Positions 17,735-27,701 of a stretch of DNA of 64,000 nucleotides are shown here, piece by piece. The position numbers were made by a program, and so were the translations under genes. Origin of the DNA: Candidatus Saccharimonadia bacterium (GTDB lineage: Bacteria > Patescibacteriota > Saccharimonadia > CAILAD01 > CAZGYV01). The notes beneath the pieces were generated by a model that saw only the letters and a list, made by a program, of their open reading frames with translations, was not told the origin of the DNA and did no database searches. The stretch lies in the NCBI GenBank assembly GCA_041906885.1, contig JAYRII010000012.1, forward strand, positions 94,955-158,954, read 5' to 3'. The first letter of the stretch is position 1. Each line of letters starts with the position of its first letter.

Positions 17735-20392
17735 CTATTTTTCTACACGTTCATGTGGCTTAGCTGGTTGTCTGGCTTTATGGTGTTTTCTTTTGTGTCC
17801 AGCATCATTTGGAGAAGATTTTTTCAGTTGCTGACTATAGATTTTAGGCTCAATTCCAGAAATGTTTGGTTTTTGTACAACTGTAGGGATGAGTGGTTGT
17901 TCTCCTAGCTCTACCTGATTATCATCAGATTTTGATTGTTCGGCCTTAAATCCAGACCATTTAGATATTTCTGCCTCCACCTCGGACTTAGTTTTACTAT
18001 AGTGGGATCTAGATGTTTGAACGATACTATCTGTTAAATCCCTATGAGGTGCTGGCATCGGTAAAGTTTTAGCTGAAAACGGGATAGATGTTTGGCCATC
18101 AATACTCATCGAGACATAGATATTTTGTATGTTGAGGTTGACCAAGTCATTAGACTCAAATGTCGGTTCAAAATATTTAGTTAGGAAGGTGGCATCGGCT
18201 GCACCAATCCTAAAGCTAACCATCGAGCCGACATTACCAAAGACAGCTTCTCTAACCTCTTCGGGCATTTGCCCGACGTATTGGTTGGCAACAGTCAGGA
18301 ATAGTCCATACTTCCTGGCCTCACTTAGGATGACAGCGAACGATTCGGTGGCGAAGTTCTGGAATTCATCGACGTAAAGGTAAAATGATCGTCTCTCATC
18401 AAAGCTGATATTAGCCCTACTCATGGCTGCAAGTTGAATCTTGGTAATGACTAAAGCACCCAAGATCGAAGCATTGTCCTCGCCCAGTCTGCCGCGAGAT
18501 AAGTCGACAATCAGGATTTTACCTTGATCCATGATCTGGCGGATATCAAAGCTTGATTTAACTTGGCCAAGTACATTTCTAATGAGAGGATTGGCTGTGA
18601 AAGCCCCTACCTTATTGAGGACTGGTGCAACCGCTTCTGAGGCGAATTTATCATTCCAGCTAGCAAACTCATTCACCCAAAAAGCTTTTACCACCGGGTC
18701 AGTTACACTTCCTACGACCTGCTTACGGTACCCCTTATCGGTCAGCATGCGGGTGATGCCGAGCATGGTTGCATCCGGTGTCTCTAGGAGTGCTAAGAGT
18801 GTAAAACGCAAAATGTGTTCTAAACGCGGACCCCATGAGTCGGCAAACATTTTCTTTAACACGCCGACGATCTCCGAAGCAATCGAAGCTCGCATATTGG
18901 GATCGCTGTTTTCCATCGGGTTAAATGATATCGGAAAGTCTAAATCAGACGGGTTGAAATATATCACATCGTCAACCCGATGTTCGGGTATATATTTCAT
19001 GACATCCTGAGCATAGTCACCGTGCGGATCAACCACCGCGAAGCCGTGATCATGGTATATGTCTGACAAGGTTAATAGCTGGAGTAAAAATGATTTACCA
19101 ACACCCGACTTACCGATAATGTAGAGATGCCGTTTGCGGTCTTCTCTTTTGATGCCAAACTTGACATTCCCCTGTCTAAATGTAGTCGTACCAATTAAAC
19201 TAATATCCTCCGCTCTGGTATTTTCGCCCGTCGGTAAATTCGTCGGCGGCTCCCCTACTTTAGTGGTCGTCCAGGCTATATTTGGCGTCTCAACTGAGAT
19301 ATGTGGTAGGTGCCAGAGGCTAGCTAACTCTTCAATATTGAGAACGAAACCAGGATCGTCGAAAAGCCTAGCCCGGTATTCATCCAAGCTGTCAGGTTTA
19401 TTGTCTATCCCCTTACCGATAAAACCATTCAGGTTGATGGTATTAAATTGTTTAAAACCTCCGACCAATGCTTGCAGACGTTGTTTGGCTACATTCCCAT
19501 CGGTACCAATATAGGTTGTTCGTATTTTGACCGCATAGCCTAGCTTCTGGGCCTTAGTTTCGATGGCGGTGTTGACGGTGGTTTGGCCGGTTGGCAGTTC
19601 TTTCTTGTCCTCCTTCTTCTTATCCTCCGGCTTGGCCGGGCCAACGAAGGCAGCTTTGGCGAGCATGCCGAGTAGTCTAAATGGCAAGATTAAAATTTTC
19701 TTTTCCCAATTATCAAATAGATTAGTTCGACCGCCATTTTTGATCGATTCGATATAGCTATGCGATCGAGCGTGCCAACTGTCATCGACTGGTCTAATTA
19801 ATATCTGTAGCCACATTTCCTCACTACCTTCTAGAGTGGCAAGAGCGGTCGTAATGCCTGCGAGAGGGTCTACCTCAAAAGTAGGAAATGTTCGAATTGG
19901 AAAAATTTCATCTTTCGAGAGAGCTATTTCAGTCGTATAACCTTCTCGATCATTAAGGTCTTGCTTGGCATAATCATCATCCATCTGATTGATCTGGACT
20001 GTTGGATATTGAGCATAAATTTGGCTCTCAACGTAGCCTTTGAGTGCTTTGGGTAGCCAAACATAAAAATTTATCAGATTTTTTTCAGCTGCAATCTCAA
20101 AGCTAATATGGTCTTGCAGACTACCTTCTGAGGTAATCTGACTCTTGGGTTTTAAAATATTGTGCAAACTGGCAAATAACTGCTCGGCTGAAAGCTCTTT
20201 TTTTTCATTGTCCTTTGGTACGACAATATGCAGTATAATATGCTCACTACTGGTGACGTAGCGGACGCGCCGCCTGTTTTGCCAAATTTGCCAAGCAAAA
20301 TAAGCTGCTACAAGTGTCCAGCCCCAATATTTAAAGAGTACTGTACCTATTAATGACAGAATTAGTCCTAGTACGTTTAGAATTATGTCCAT
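17735..20392 (-). CDS. VirD4/TraG-like (type IV coupling protein-like) membrane ATPase of the HerA/FtsK/VirB4 superfamily
   Basis: two N-terminal TM helices, Walker A YIIGKSGVGKS, Walker B YLYVDEFQNF, ARKYG motif; 885 aa. Confidence 0.6.
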   Translation of the reverse strand: MDIILNVLGLILSLIGTVLFKYWGWTLVAAYFAWQIWQNRRRVRYVTSSEHIILHIVVPKDNEKKELSAEQLFASLHNILKPKSQITSEGSLQDHISFEIAAEKNLINFYVWLPKALKGYVESQIYAQYPTVQINQMDDDYAKQDLNDREGYTTEIALSKDEIFPIRTFPTFEVDPLAGITTALATLEGSEEMWLQILIRPVDDSWHARSHSYIESIKNGGRTNLFDNWEKKILILPFRLLGMLAKAAFVGPAKPEDKKKEDKKELPTGQTTVNTAIETKAQKLGYAVKIRTTYIGTDGNVAKQRLQALVGGFKQFNTINLNGFIGKGIDNKPDSLDEYRARLFDDPGFVLNIEELASLWHLPHISVETPNIAWTTTKVGEPPTNLPTGENTRAEDISLIGTTTFRQGNVKFGIKREDRKRHLYIIGKSGVGKSFLLQLLTLSDIYHDHGFAVVDPHGDYAQDVMKYIPEHRVDDVIYFNPSDLDFPISFNPMENSDPNMRASIASEIVGVLKKMFADSWGPRLEHILRFTLLALLETPDATMLGITRMLTDKGYRKQVVGSVTDPVVKAFWVNEFASWNDKFASEAVAPVLNKVGAFTANPLIRNVLGQVKSSFDIRQIMDQGKILIVDLSRGRLGEDNASILGALVITKIQLAAMSRANISFDERRSFYLYVDEFQNFATESFAVILSEARKYGLFLTVANQYVGQMPEEVREAVFGNVGSMVSFRIGAADATFLTKYFEPTFESNDLVNLNIQNIYVSMSIDGQTSIPFSAKTLPMPAPHRDLTDSIVQTSRSHYSKTKSEVEAEISKWSGFKAEQSKSDDNQVELGEQPLIPTVVQKPNISGIEPKIYSQQLKKSSPNDAGHKRKHHKARQPAKPHERVEK

Positions 20393-20454
20393 ATTATAGT
20401 TGCTTTTTTGCCCTCTCTATTGTCTAGATCGATGCTACTTACTTAAGTCAAACC

Positions 20455-21486
20455 TTAGCTTTGTTTGAGCTGATAAGTTGCTTTACTGATGCGTTCGAAT
20501 TGAGGCTTTTCTTGTAGGTTAAGTGCGATGGTTGTGACTTTTACCTGACGACGAGCTAATACCCGACGAACGATTTCGTCCTTTGTGAGCGGAGATTCTT
20601 CTTTCAATATACTCTCTATAATATCAGCAACAGTGCCGGCTTGGTAGCCCCATTCTGCTAAGGCGTATATGCCGCGTCCGATTAGGACAAATCTTTTATC
20701 CTTAATTAGTTCATTGTGGACGGCTTGCGTGGTGACTTTTTTGGGATTTGCTTCAACTTGACTAATTTTCTTTGCAATTTGAGAAAAATGCATCGGTTTG
20801 TGAGATTTATTTAAGACCAAATAAACTTTATCTCGAATACTTTTTGGATTAACTTCAGGCCATTGGGCTAAGCCCCACATCGAGTCTAACTCAGAGATGA
20901 GATTAGAACTAATCGCAAGCTGCCTTAATGCAGTTGATTTGTGCGGACCATCGATTTTTTTGGCGAAATTGTCAAAGACATCGGGTTGTCCATAGGTCTT
21001 GATGGCTGTTATTAGTTTTTCATGCAAAAGAGCAACATCACTTGGATTATACATCTCGCCCAATACCACAATTGTGTCATGGTTGTCATTTCGATCGATT
21101 AGATTAAATCCGGGATCTAGCTTGATTAGGAAGCTTAATTTGGCCTTATTATCAGGGTAAATCTTAAGTTTATTAGACAAATCTTCAAATGTAATAATAC
21201 CACCTTCATCGGTCAGAACTTCAGTAATTTTTTGATTGAGCTGGTTATTAAAGGACTGCTCTTTTTGGATCCGACTCATAGCCGCTTTCTCGATTTGGCG
21301 AACGCGTTCTCGGGTGATACCAAGTTGAGTTCCAATTTGCTCTAGCGTATAAGAATTAGCAACATCAATACCATGTCGCTTAATTAGAATATCCCGATCT
21401 CGATCCTTCTTGAGGTAGTTCAAAGAATCTTGAATCAGGTCATCTAAGTTTTCTAGCTGTTGTATTTGAGTAGTATTTTGCTGCAT
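20455..21486 (-). CDS. DNA-binding protein: sigma70 region 4 HTH followed by HARE-HTH-like winged-helix domains
   Basis: YTLEQIGTQLGITRERVRQIEKAAM (sigma r4.2-like); later GRGIYALAEWGY (HARE-HTH signature). Confidence 0.5.
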   Translation of the reverse strand: MQQNTTQIQQLENLDDLIQDSLNYLKKDRDRDILIKRHGIDVANSYTLEQIGTQLGITRERVRQIEKAAMSRIQKEQSFNNQLNQKITEVLTDEGGIITFEDLSNKLKIYPDNKAKLSFLIKLDPGFNLIDRNDNHDTIVVLGEMYNPSDVALLHEKLITAIKTYGQPDVFDNFAKKIDGPHKSTALRQLAISSNLISELDSMWGLAQWPEVNPKSIRDKVYLVLNKSHKPMHFSQIAKKISQVEANPKKVTTQAVHNELIKDKRFVLIGRGIYALAEWGYQAGTVADIIESILKEESPLTKDEIVRRVLARRQVKVTTIALNLQEKPQFERISKATYQLKQS

Positions 21487-21583
21487 GAATATTGTTGGCC
21501 TAGGGCACTTTATGAGTAGAGTTATATACCGATAAATTATATCATCTAAGTGCTATTTGGTCAACAAATTCTGGCAGTATGAA

Positions 21584-23536
21584 TTAATGATTTTGTTGGT
21601 TAGGTTTTGTCCATGTTGCATAATCACAATCTGGATAACGACTACAACCGTAAAATTTACGACCCTTTTTGGTTTTTTTCTCAACCACTTCACCATCTTG
21701 ACATTTCGGACAGGCCAGACCAATAGATTTGACAATTGGCTTGGTATTTTTACATTCGGGCCAGCCAGAACAGGCCAAAAATTGACCAAATCTGCCAGAT
21801 TTTATGACCATTGGCTTACCACATAGCTCGCATTTTTCATCTGTCATAATGACTGGTATTTTAACGCGTTCGATAGAGTCTGTCTTTTCTTGGACTAATT
21901 TTTCCATAGGCGTGTAAAAATCTCTAACCACCGGTTGCCAGCTTTCTTTACCATCTGCGATATCGTCTAATTTATCCTCCATTTGGGCAGTAAATTCAGG
22001 CTCGGTCACAAATTCGAAGTTTTGACTCAATAAATCACTGACAATTATGCCGATTGATTGAGGAATCAGTCGCTTCTCTTCGCTAACGACATAGCCTCGA
22101 CTTTGAATGGTAGAAATTGTTGGGGCATAGGTGCTTGGTCGACCAACTCCCTCTGACTCAAGTTTTTTAACCAGGCTGGCTTCGGAGTAGCGAGCTGGTG
22201 GCTGGGTGAAATGTTGTTCTGTGCGAACAGACTCGAGGTTGAGAGATTCATTTTTGGTTAATTCTGGTAAAATTTGTGGCTCATTCTTTTTACTATTGCC
22301 CCAGACCTTCGTAAAGCCATCAAAAAGCACGATTCGACCGGTTGATCGCAAGGTATATTGCCCGGCTACTACATCGATGCCGTTTTGCTGGTAATGCGCC
22401 TCATTCATTTGTGATGCGACAGCTCTTTGCCATATTAGTCGGTAGAGCTTCAATTCATCACTCTTTAGGCTGCTCTCAAGCGACTGGGGGCTTTTGAAGA
22501 AGTCAGTTGGTCTAATGGCTTCATGGGCCTCTTGGGCACCTTTTGATTTCTTCTTATAAAATCGTGGCTTAGTTGGCAGATAGTTGTCGCCGTATTGTTT
22601 TTTGATAAGCTTTCTAACCTGTTCCATTGCAATATCACTAATATTGGTTGAGTCTGTTCGCATATAACTAATTAGGCCACCCTCATAGAGCTTCTGAGCT
22701 ATGCTCATTGTTCTGCGTGTGTCATAGCCGAGTCTGGAATACGCTGATTGTTGCAAGGTGGAAGTAATAAATGGTGGTAGCGGGCTTTTTCGGCTTTCCT
22801 TTGAATCTATCGATGAGACCACATAGCTGGCTTTTTTCAGATCAGCTTCAATGTCTTTAGCATCATTTTCAGTCCTTACGACCGCCTTTTTGTTGTCGAT
22901 TTTGGTTAGTTCGGCCGCAAAAACTTCGCTTTTAGCTGTTTTTAAGTCAGAAAAGATTTGCCAGTATTCTTCTGCTTTAAAAGCTTCTATTTCGCGTTCA
23001 CGATCGACGATAAATTTTAATGCCACTGATTGTACTCGTCCAGCGGACAGACCATATCTAATTTTTTTCCAAAGCACTGGTGACAGACTGTATCCGACCA
23101 GTCGGTCTAAGATTCGTCGGGCTTGCTGAGCGTCCACTAAGTTTTGGTTAAGCTTTCTTGGATGGGTAATCGCCGCCTTGATGGCTGACTCAGTAATTTC
23201 TGAGAAAGTGATTCGTTTGACTGTTTGCTCGGAAGTTGGCGGAACGGCCTGGATGATATGCCAAGCAATTGCTTCCCCTTCTCTGTCAAGGTCAGTGGCC
23301 AGATAAATGGTTTGGGCCTGGTGGATTTGTTTCTTGAGCTCATTAATTCTTTTGGCGCTACCACGCGGTATCATATATTCTGGCGTAAAATTATGATCGA
23401 CATCAATGCCGAGCTTGGACTTGGGTAAGTCGCGAACATGGCCAAAACTAGCCACCACTTGGTAGTCCTTACCAAGATAGCCTTCAATGGTGGCAGCCTT
23501 TGCGGGACTTTCTACTATTACAAGATTTTTAGACAT
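21584..23536 (-). CDS. topA: DNA topoisomerase I with C-terminal zinc ribbons
   Basis: Toprim start MSKNLVIVESPAKA, active-site region, C-terminal CxxC pairs. Confidence 0.9.
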   Translation of the reverse strand: MSKNLVIVESPAKAATIEGYLGKDYQVVASFGHVRDLPKSKLGIDVDHNFTPEYMIPRGSAKRINELKKQIHQAQTIYLATDLDREGEAIAWHIIQAVPPTSEQTVKRITFSEITESAIKAAITHPRKLNQNLVDAQQARRILDRLVGYSLSPVLWKKIRYGLSAGRVQSVALKFIVDREREIEAFKAEEYWQIFSDLKTAKSEVFAAELTKIDNKKAVVRTENDAKDIEADLKKASYVVSSIDSKESRKSPLPPFITSTLQQSAYSRLGYDTRRTMSIAQKLYEGGLISYMRTDSTNISDIAMEQVRKLIKKQYGDNYLPTKPRFYKKKSKGAQEAHEAIRPTDFFKSPQSLESSLKSDELKLYRLIWQRAVASQMNEAHYQQNGIDVVAGQYTLRSTGRIVLFDGFTKVWGNSKKNEPQILPELTKNESLNLESVRTEQHFTQPPARYSEASLVKKLESEGVGRPSTYAPTISTIQSRGYVVSEEKRLIPQSIGIIVSDLLSQNFEFVTEPEFTAQMEDKLDDIADGKESWQPVVRDFYTPMEKLVQEKTDSIERVKIPVIMTDEKCELCGKPMVIKSGRFGQFLACSGWPECKNTKPIVKSIGLACPKCQDGEVVEKKTKKGRKFYGCSRYPDCDYATWTKPNQQNH

Positions 23537-23655
23537 ATACTCCTAGTATGCTAATGGTTATGTTTGTTTAGCGCAAGTCATATATATTTGTTTTAAAAAA
23601 GACACATGGCGCGCAAAGTCAGACTTTAGCAATCTTTAGCTATTTTGTCAAAAAG

Positions 23656-24501
23656 CTATCTGATAATCCATGTGCCACCACCAATATTGCGGATCTTGCC
23701 TGTAATTTCCATCAGTGAAATCAGATGAGCAAACTGAGCTGCCTCCATGCCAGTTTGCTCGATGAGAGCTTGATTAGAGCTTACTCCACGATCAATTAAA
23801 CCAATGATAGTCTCCTCCTCAATAGAATCGGCTTTGATTGGCTTGGTGGTGAGCTTGGGGCTAACCAATCCGAGCTGGGTAAGGACATCAATACCACTCG
23901 TTACAGCGATCGCACCCATCTTAATTAGGTCATTTGGACCGCAGCTTCTGGGACTAAAAATATTACCAGGCACAGCCATAACCTGCCTATTTTCCTGCAA
24001 GGCAAAATTAGCAGTGATCAGCGAACCACTTTTACTCTCTGCCTCAGTTACAATTGTGGCTAGACTCATCCCGGCAATTATTCTATTGCGGGCAGGAAAA
24101 TGAGATTTAAATGGCTGCACACCAATGTCATATTCTGAGATGAGGCAGCCGCCACTAGCGACAATATTTTGAGCCAGAGGCTTATTGATTGAAGGATAGA
24201 TTGTATCCAACCCACATCCAAGTACAGCAATAGTCACGCCACCGGCATCGATGGCGGCCTGATGGGCAACCGCATCAATGCCAAGTGCTAGGCCGCTGAC
24301 AATTACCAGCCCAGCTTTTGCCAGGTCATGACTCAATCTATAGGTAGCTTGCTTGCCGTAATCGGACATCTTTCTGGTGCCAACGATTGCGACCATGGGT
24401 AAGTCAGGCAACTTCCCAACAATATGTAGCTCTTTCGGCGGCTGGGCAATTTCCGCTAAAAGCGATGGATATTGGTTGCTATTTTTACTAATACGTTTCA
24501 T
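23656..24501 (-). CDS. dprA: DNA processing protein DprA
   Basis: Rossmann-like VIVSGLALGIDAVAHQAA motif, 281 aa, adjacent to topA. Confidence 0.85.
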   Translation of the reverse strand: MKRISKNSNQYPSLLAEIAQPPKELHIVGKLPDLPMVAIVGTRKMSDYGKQATYRLSHDLAKAGLVIVSGLALGIDAVAHQAAIDAGGVTIAVLGCGLDTIYPSINKPLAQNIVASGGCLISEYDIGVQPFKSHFPARNRIIAGMSLATIVTEAESKSGSLITANFALQENRQVMAVPGNIFSPRSCGPNDLIKMGAIAVTSGIDVLTQLGLVSPKLTTKPIKADSIEEETIIGLIDRGVSSNQALIEQTGMEAAQFAHLISLMEITGKIRNIGGGTWIIR

Positions 24502-24619
24502 TGTTAGGTTCTTTTTTAGGTGGTCTTAGTGGCAAAATTGAAGACTTATTTATTCTTTTAATAAATGTAATAGCTTAAAAAGTATTGACAAATATTACAA
24601 CTAATGTTACTATACATAA

Positions 24620-24826
24620 GCCTTTTTTTGAAGGTGGAAATCTGTCTCGCGAGGTTTAACCTAAATCTCACCCTCCTTTAGGTTTACTCGAGGGGCAGAT
24701 TCCCCCCTTTAATGACCACGGTTTATAGAATATTTAAGAAACCGGCAAACTCCCGTATGGGTGGCATTAGAGGGTGTTTAAAAACAGACCAGCTAGACTA
24801 ACCAGGCTGGTCTGTTTCTATTTTGT
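24620..24826 (+). ncRNA. candidate structured small RNA of unknown class
   Basis: TTGACA(24585)-N17-TACTAT promoter; ~70-nt long imperfect hairpin (GGAAAUCUG...CAGAUUCC); 3' intrinsic terminator CAGACCAGC...GCUGGUCUG + U-run at 24784..24826; no ORF. Confidence 0.3.
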
Positions 24827-24862
24827 ACGGTATTACACCGATTTGCAAGCTAAACTGCAATC

Positions 24863-25429
24863 CTAATCAATCAATTGATATGAGGTGTGCTTGGGTTCTC
24901 CGTTAATCCCATCAATTATCTTCTCTGCTACCTGACTGCAGATAGTGTCTAAATGCTTCTTTTCAATATCAGTAAATTGACTTAGGACAAATTTTTCACT
25001 GGTGACTTTTGAGCTGAATTTATTGTGAATGCCAACCCGAAAGCGAATATAATCCTCTCCAATTGCTTGAGAGATTGATTTAATGCCATTATGGCCGGCC
25101 GAACCGCCTCCTTTACGAATCCGCATTTGACCAAATTCTAGGGCCAGTTCGTCGTGAACAATCCAGATATCTTCGGCAGATATCTTATAGAAATTTGCCA
25201 CTAGTCCGACGGCCTGGCCAGAGTTATTCATAAATGTTGATGGTTTGAAAAGGATTATTTTCTGGTTTGATTTACTAGTTTCTGTGATCTGGCCGATAAA
25301 TTTTGGACTGTTGGCAAACTTCAGTATAGCCAGCTCCGATGCCAGCCTATCCAAAATCAAATACCCAAGATTGTGACGCGTATTGATATACTCTTGACCT
25401 GGATTGCCCAGACCTACTATCAATTTCAT
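24863..25429 (-). CDS. pth: peptidyl-tRNA hydrolase
   Basis: MKLIVGLGNPG...RHNLG signature. Confidence 0.9.
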   Translation of the reverse strand: MKLIVGLGNPGQEYINTRHNLGYLILDRLASELAILKFANSPKFIGQITETSKSNQKIILFKPSTFMNNSGQAVGLVANFYKISAEDIWIVHDELALEFGQMRIRKGGGSAGHNGIKSISQAIGEDYIRFRVGIHNKFSSKVTSEKFVLSQFTDIEKKHLDTICSQVAEKIIDGINGEPKHTSYQLID

Positions 25430-25453
25430 AGTTGGCTTTGCTCGTCTACTAAA

Positions 25454-26791
25454 CTATTTATTCTTACATTCTATTATAATTGGAGTGCCGCTATATTCAT
25501 ACGCTTTGCGGAGCTGGTTTTCAATATAGCGCAAGTACGAAAAGTGAATTTGCTCCGGATAGCTGGAAAATAAACTAAAAATCGGCGGCTTGGTGCCCTT
25601 TTGAACAGCATATTTCAGCTTTGGTCGCTTGCCTTTTAAGCCGGCTGGGGGCTGTTTAGCAACTGCTTCTGCAATAATATTATTGAGTAACTTGGTAGGT
25701 ATTTGTGTTTGACGATTCAATTCGACTTGTGTAATTATATCCAGTAATTTATCGTTGTTTTGACCGGTTTTGGCTGATGAAAAAATTAATGGTGCCCACC
25801 ACACAAATTGATAGTTGGCCGTAATCAGTCTGGTCAGGCGAGCCATTGATTTATCATCCTTGTTATAAAATGCGTCCCACTTGCTAACCACTAGGATTAG
25901 GCCTTTGCCAGCTTCTTTGACTAGACCAGCAATTTTTTGATCTTGGCTGGTAAGCGGCTCATTAACATCTATTAAAAGCAGGCAAACGTCACTATCATTA
26001 ATAGCTTTTGATGTCCTAAGACTCGAAAAATACTCGATATCCCGACCTATTTTACCGGGTCGGCGCAGACCGGCCGTATCAGCAAATTCAATTATTTGTC
26101 CATTGTGTTCGACTGCACCATAATTAACGTCTCGAGTGGTGCCTGCAACCGGCCCAGTAATTGCTAAGCGCTGTCCAGACAAGCTATTGAGCAAGCTAGA
26201 TTTGCCGACATTCGGCCGGCCTAGAATGGCAACCTTGAGTTTAGTTAGATGCTCGATCTTTTGACCGGCTGGCAGATAATCAGTGATTTGGTCTAATAGG
26301 TCGCCCGAGCCAGTTCCAGAGATAGCAGCAATGGTTTGAATTTGTTTAATGCCAAGCTGAGAAAAATATTTAGCTGGCTGCAATTTTTTCGCTTGATCGG
26401 CTTTATTTACGGCTAATATACAAGGTTTTTTACTTTTTAGCGATTGACGAGCTAATCCGCGATCGTATTCGTTTAAAGTGGCCGTACCGTCAATGACTAA
26501 AACGATGACATCGGCTAGATCTAGGGCGTGATCTATGAGCCTGACCGCCTCTTTGATGAGAGGGTCGTTACTCTTATTAAGGCCGGCCGTGTCGATAAGC
26601 TCAAACTGCTTGTCACGCCATTTGACCGTAGTGTAAACCAAATCGCGAGTTGTATTGGCAATATCTGAGATGATTGCTTGCTTAGCACCTGCTAGACGAT
26701 TAAATAAGGTTGATTTACCAACATTAGGTTGGCCAATAATTACTACTTTGAGGGATTTTTGATTCATATTATTTCCAGGTGTGATTTGCAA
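25454..26791 (-). CDS. der: ribosome-biogenesis GTPase Der (EngA), two G domains + KH
   Basis: two P-loops GQPNVGKST and GRPNVGKSS. Confidence 0.9.
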   Translation of the reverse strand: MQITPGNNMNQKSLKVVIIGQPNVGKSTLFNRLAGAKQAIISDIANTTRDLVYTTVKWRDKQFELIDTAGLNKSNDPLIKEAVRLIDHALDLADVIVLVIDGTATLNEYDRGLARQSLKSKKPCILAVNKADQAKKLQPAKYFSQLGIKQIQTIAAISGTGSGDLLDQITDYLPAGQKIEHLTKLKVAILGRPNVGKSSLLNSLSGQRLAITGPVAGTTRDVNYGAVEHNGQIIEFADTAGLRRPGKIGRDIEYFSSLRTSKAINDSDVCLLLIDVNEPLTSQDQKIAGLVKEAGKGLILVVSKWDAFYNKDDKSMARLTRLITANYQFVWWAPLIFSSAKTGQNNDKLLDIITQVELNRQTQIPTKLLNNIIAEAVAKQPPAGLKGKRPKLKYAVQKGTKPPIFSLFSSYPEQIHFSYLRYIENQLRKAYEYSGTPIIIECKNK

Positions 26792-27701
26792 ACGCCCAGT
26801 CTAACATATTTTTACTCTCTTGAAAACGGTCTGGGCTGTTTAAAACTACAGCCAGAAGCTGATGATTATCCTTTTGAGCAAATGAAATCAGGGTTTGGCC
26901 AGCCTCGGTGGTAAAACCGGTTTTAATACCGTGGATGTAGTTATAACCGAGCAGTTTGTTTGTATTAGTTAGGACATATTCTTTGCCGTCTTTATTCTTG
27001 GCGGTATAGCTTGGTGTATCAACGATTTTTCTAAAATCATCATTTTGCATTAAGATGGTGGCAAGAGTGATTAGATCAGACGCGCTTGAATAGTGATTAT
27101 TTTCGTCGAGTCCAGTCGGGTTGACGAAATGAGTATTTTTCAGACCCCATAATTTGGCTTGATTATTCATTTTGGTGATAAATTTACCTCTTGAGCCAGT
27201 ATCCCAGGTGGCTAGGGATTCAGCCATATCATTTGCAGATGATATAAGCATGGCCCGCAAGGCTTCGTCCAAGCTAAATTTCTCACCGGCCTTTAATCCC
27301 ACCTGCTCGCCATCAGTCGGTAATGATATTACTTTGGGGATTGTGATAGTTTCATTTAATTGATGGCCATTTAGTATAACTAAGGCTGTAGCAATTTTTG
27401 TAATTGATGCAATTGGCATTTTTTCATCAGCTTTTTTTTGATATAGAAATTGAGCCGAGTCAAGATCATAAACAGCCGCTGCTTTTGCCGCCGCTTCGTA
27501 GCTGACGGCCGATTCATTCCGATATGGAAAAGCTTTATATGCTAAGCCCGGCTTGTTGGCCGGCTGTAGGCTGTTGTTCTGATTTGTTTGAATGACACGC
27601 TCAGCTATCTGCTTGTGCAAGCGGCTAAAAATATTGCCGTTTGGTAATAAAGCAGCCAGTAGAGTTAGTACGATGGCGTATTGACTGATCAGCTGATTCA
27701 T
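26769..27701 (-). CDS. D-alanyl-D-alanine carboxypeptidase (peptidase S11)
   Basis: SITK (SxxK), SAND (SxN), KTGFT (KTG) motifs; signal peptide. Confidence 0.8.
   Translation of the reverse strand: MNQLISQYAIVLTLLAALLPNGNIFSRLHKQIAERVIQTNQNNSLQPANKPGLAYKAFPYRNESAVSYEAAAKAAAVYDLDSAQFLYQKKADEKMPIASITKIATALVILNGHQLNETITIPKVISLPTDGEQVGLKAGEKFSLDEALRAMLISSANDMAESLATWDTGSRGKFITKMNNQAKLWGLKNTHFVNPTGLDENNHYSSASDLITLATILMQNDDFRKIVDTPSYTAKNKDGKEYVLTNTNKLLGYNYIHGIKTGFTTEAGQTLISFAQKDNHQLLAVVLNSPDRFQESKNMLDWAFANHTWK

Noticed and set aside
18129-19757. Several 60-160-aa plus-strand ORFs inside the 885-aa ATPase gene
   Set aside because: They are antisense overlaps within a long, well-supported CDS, which is the typical shadow-ORF pattern. 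The same applies to small antisense ORFs inside ftsI, topA, der, the histidine kinase, the CE4 gene and the 760-aa gene.
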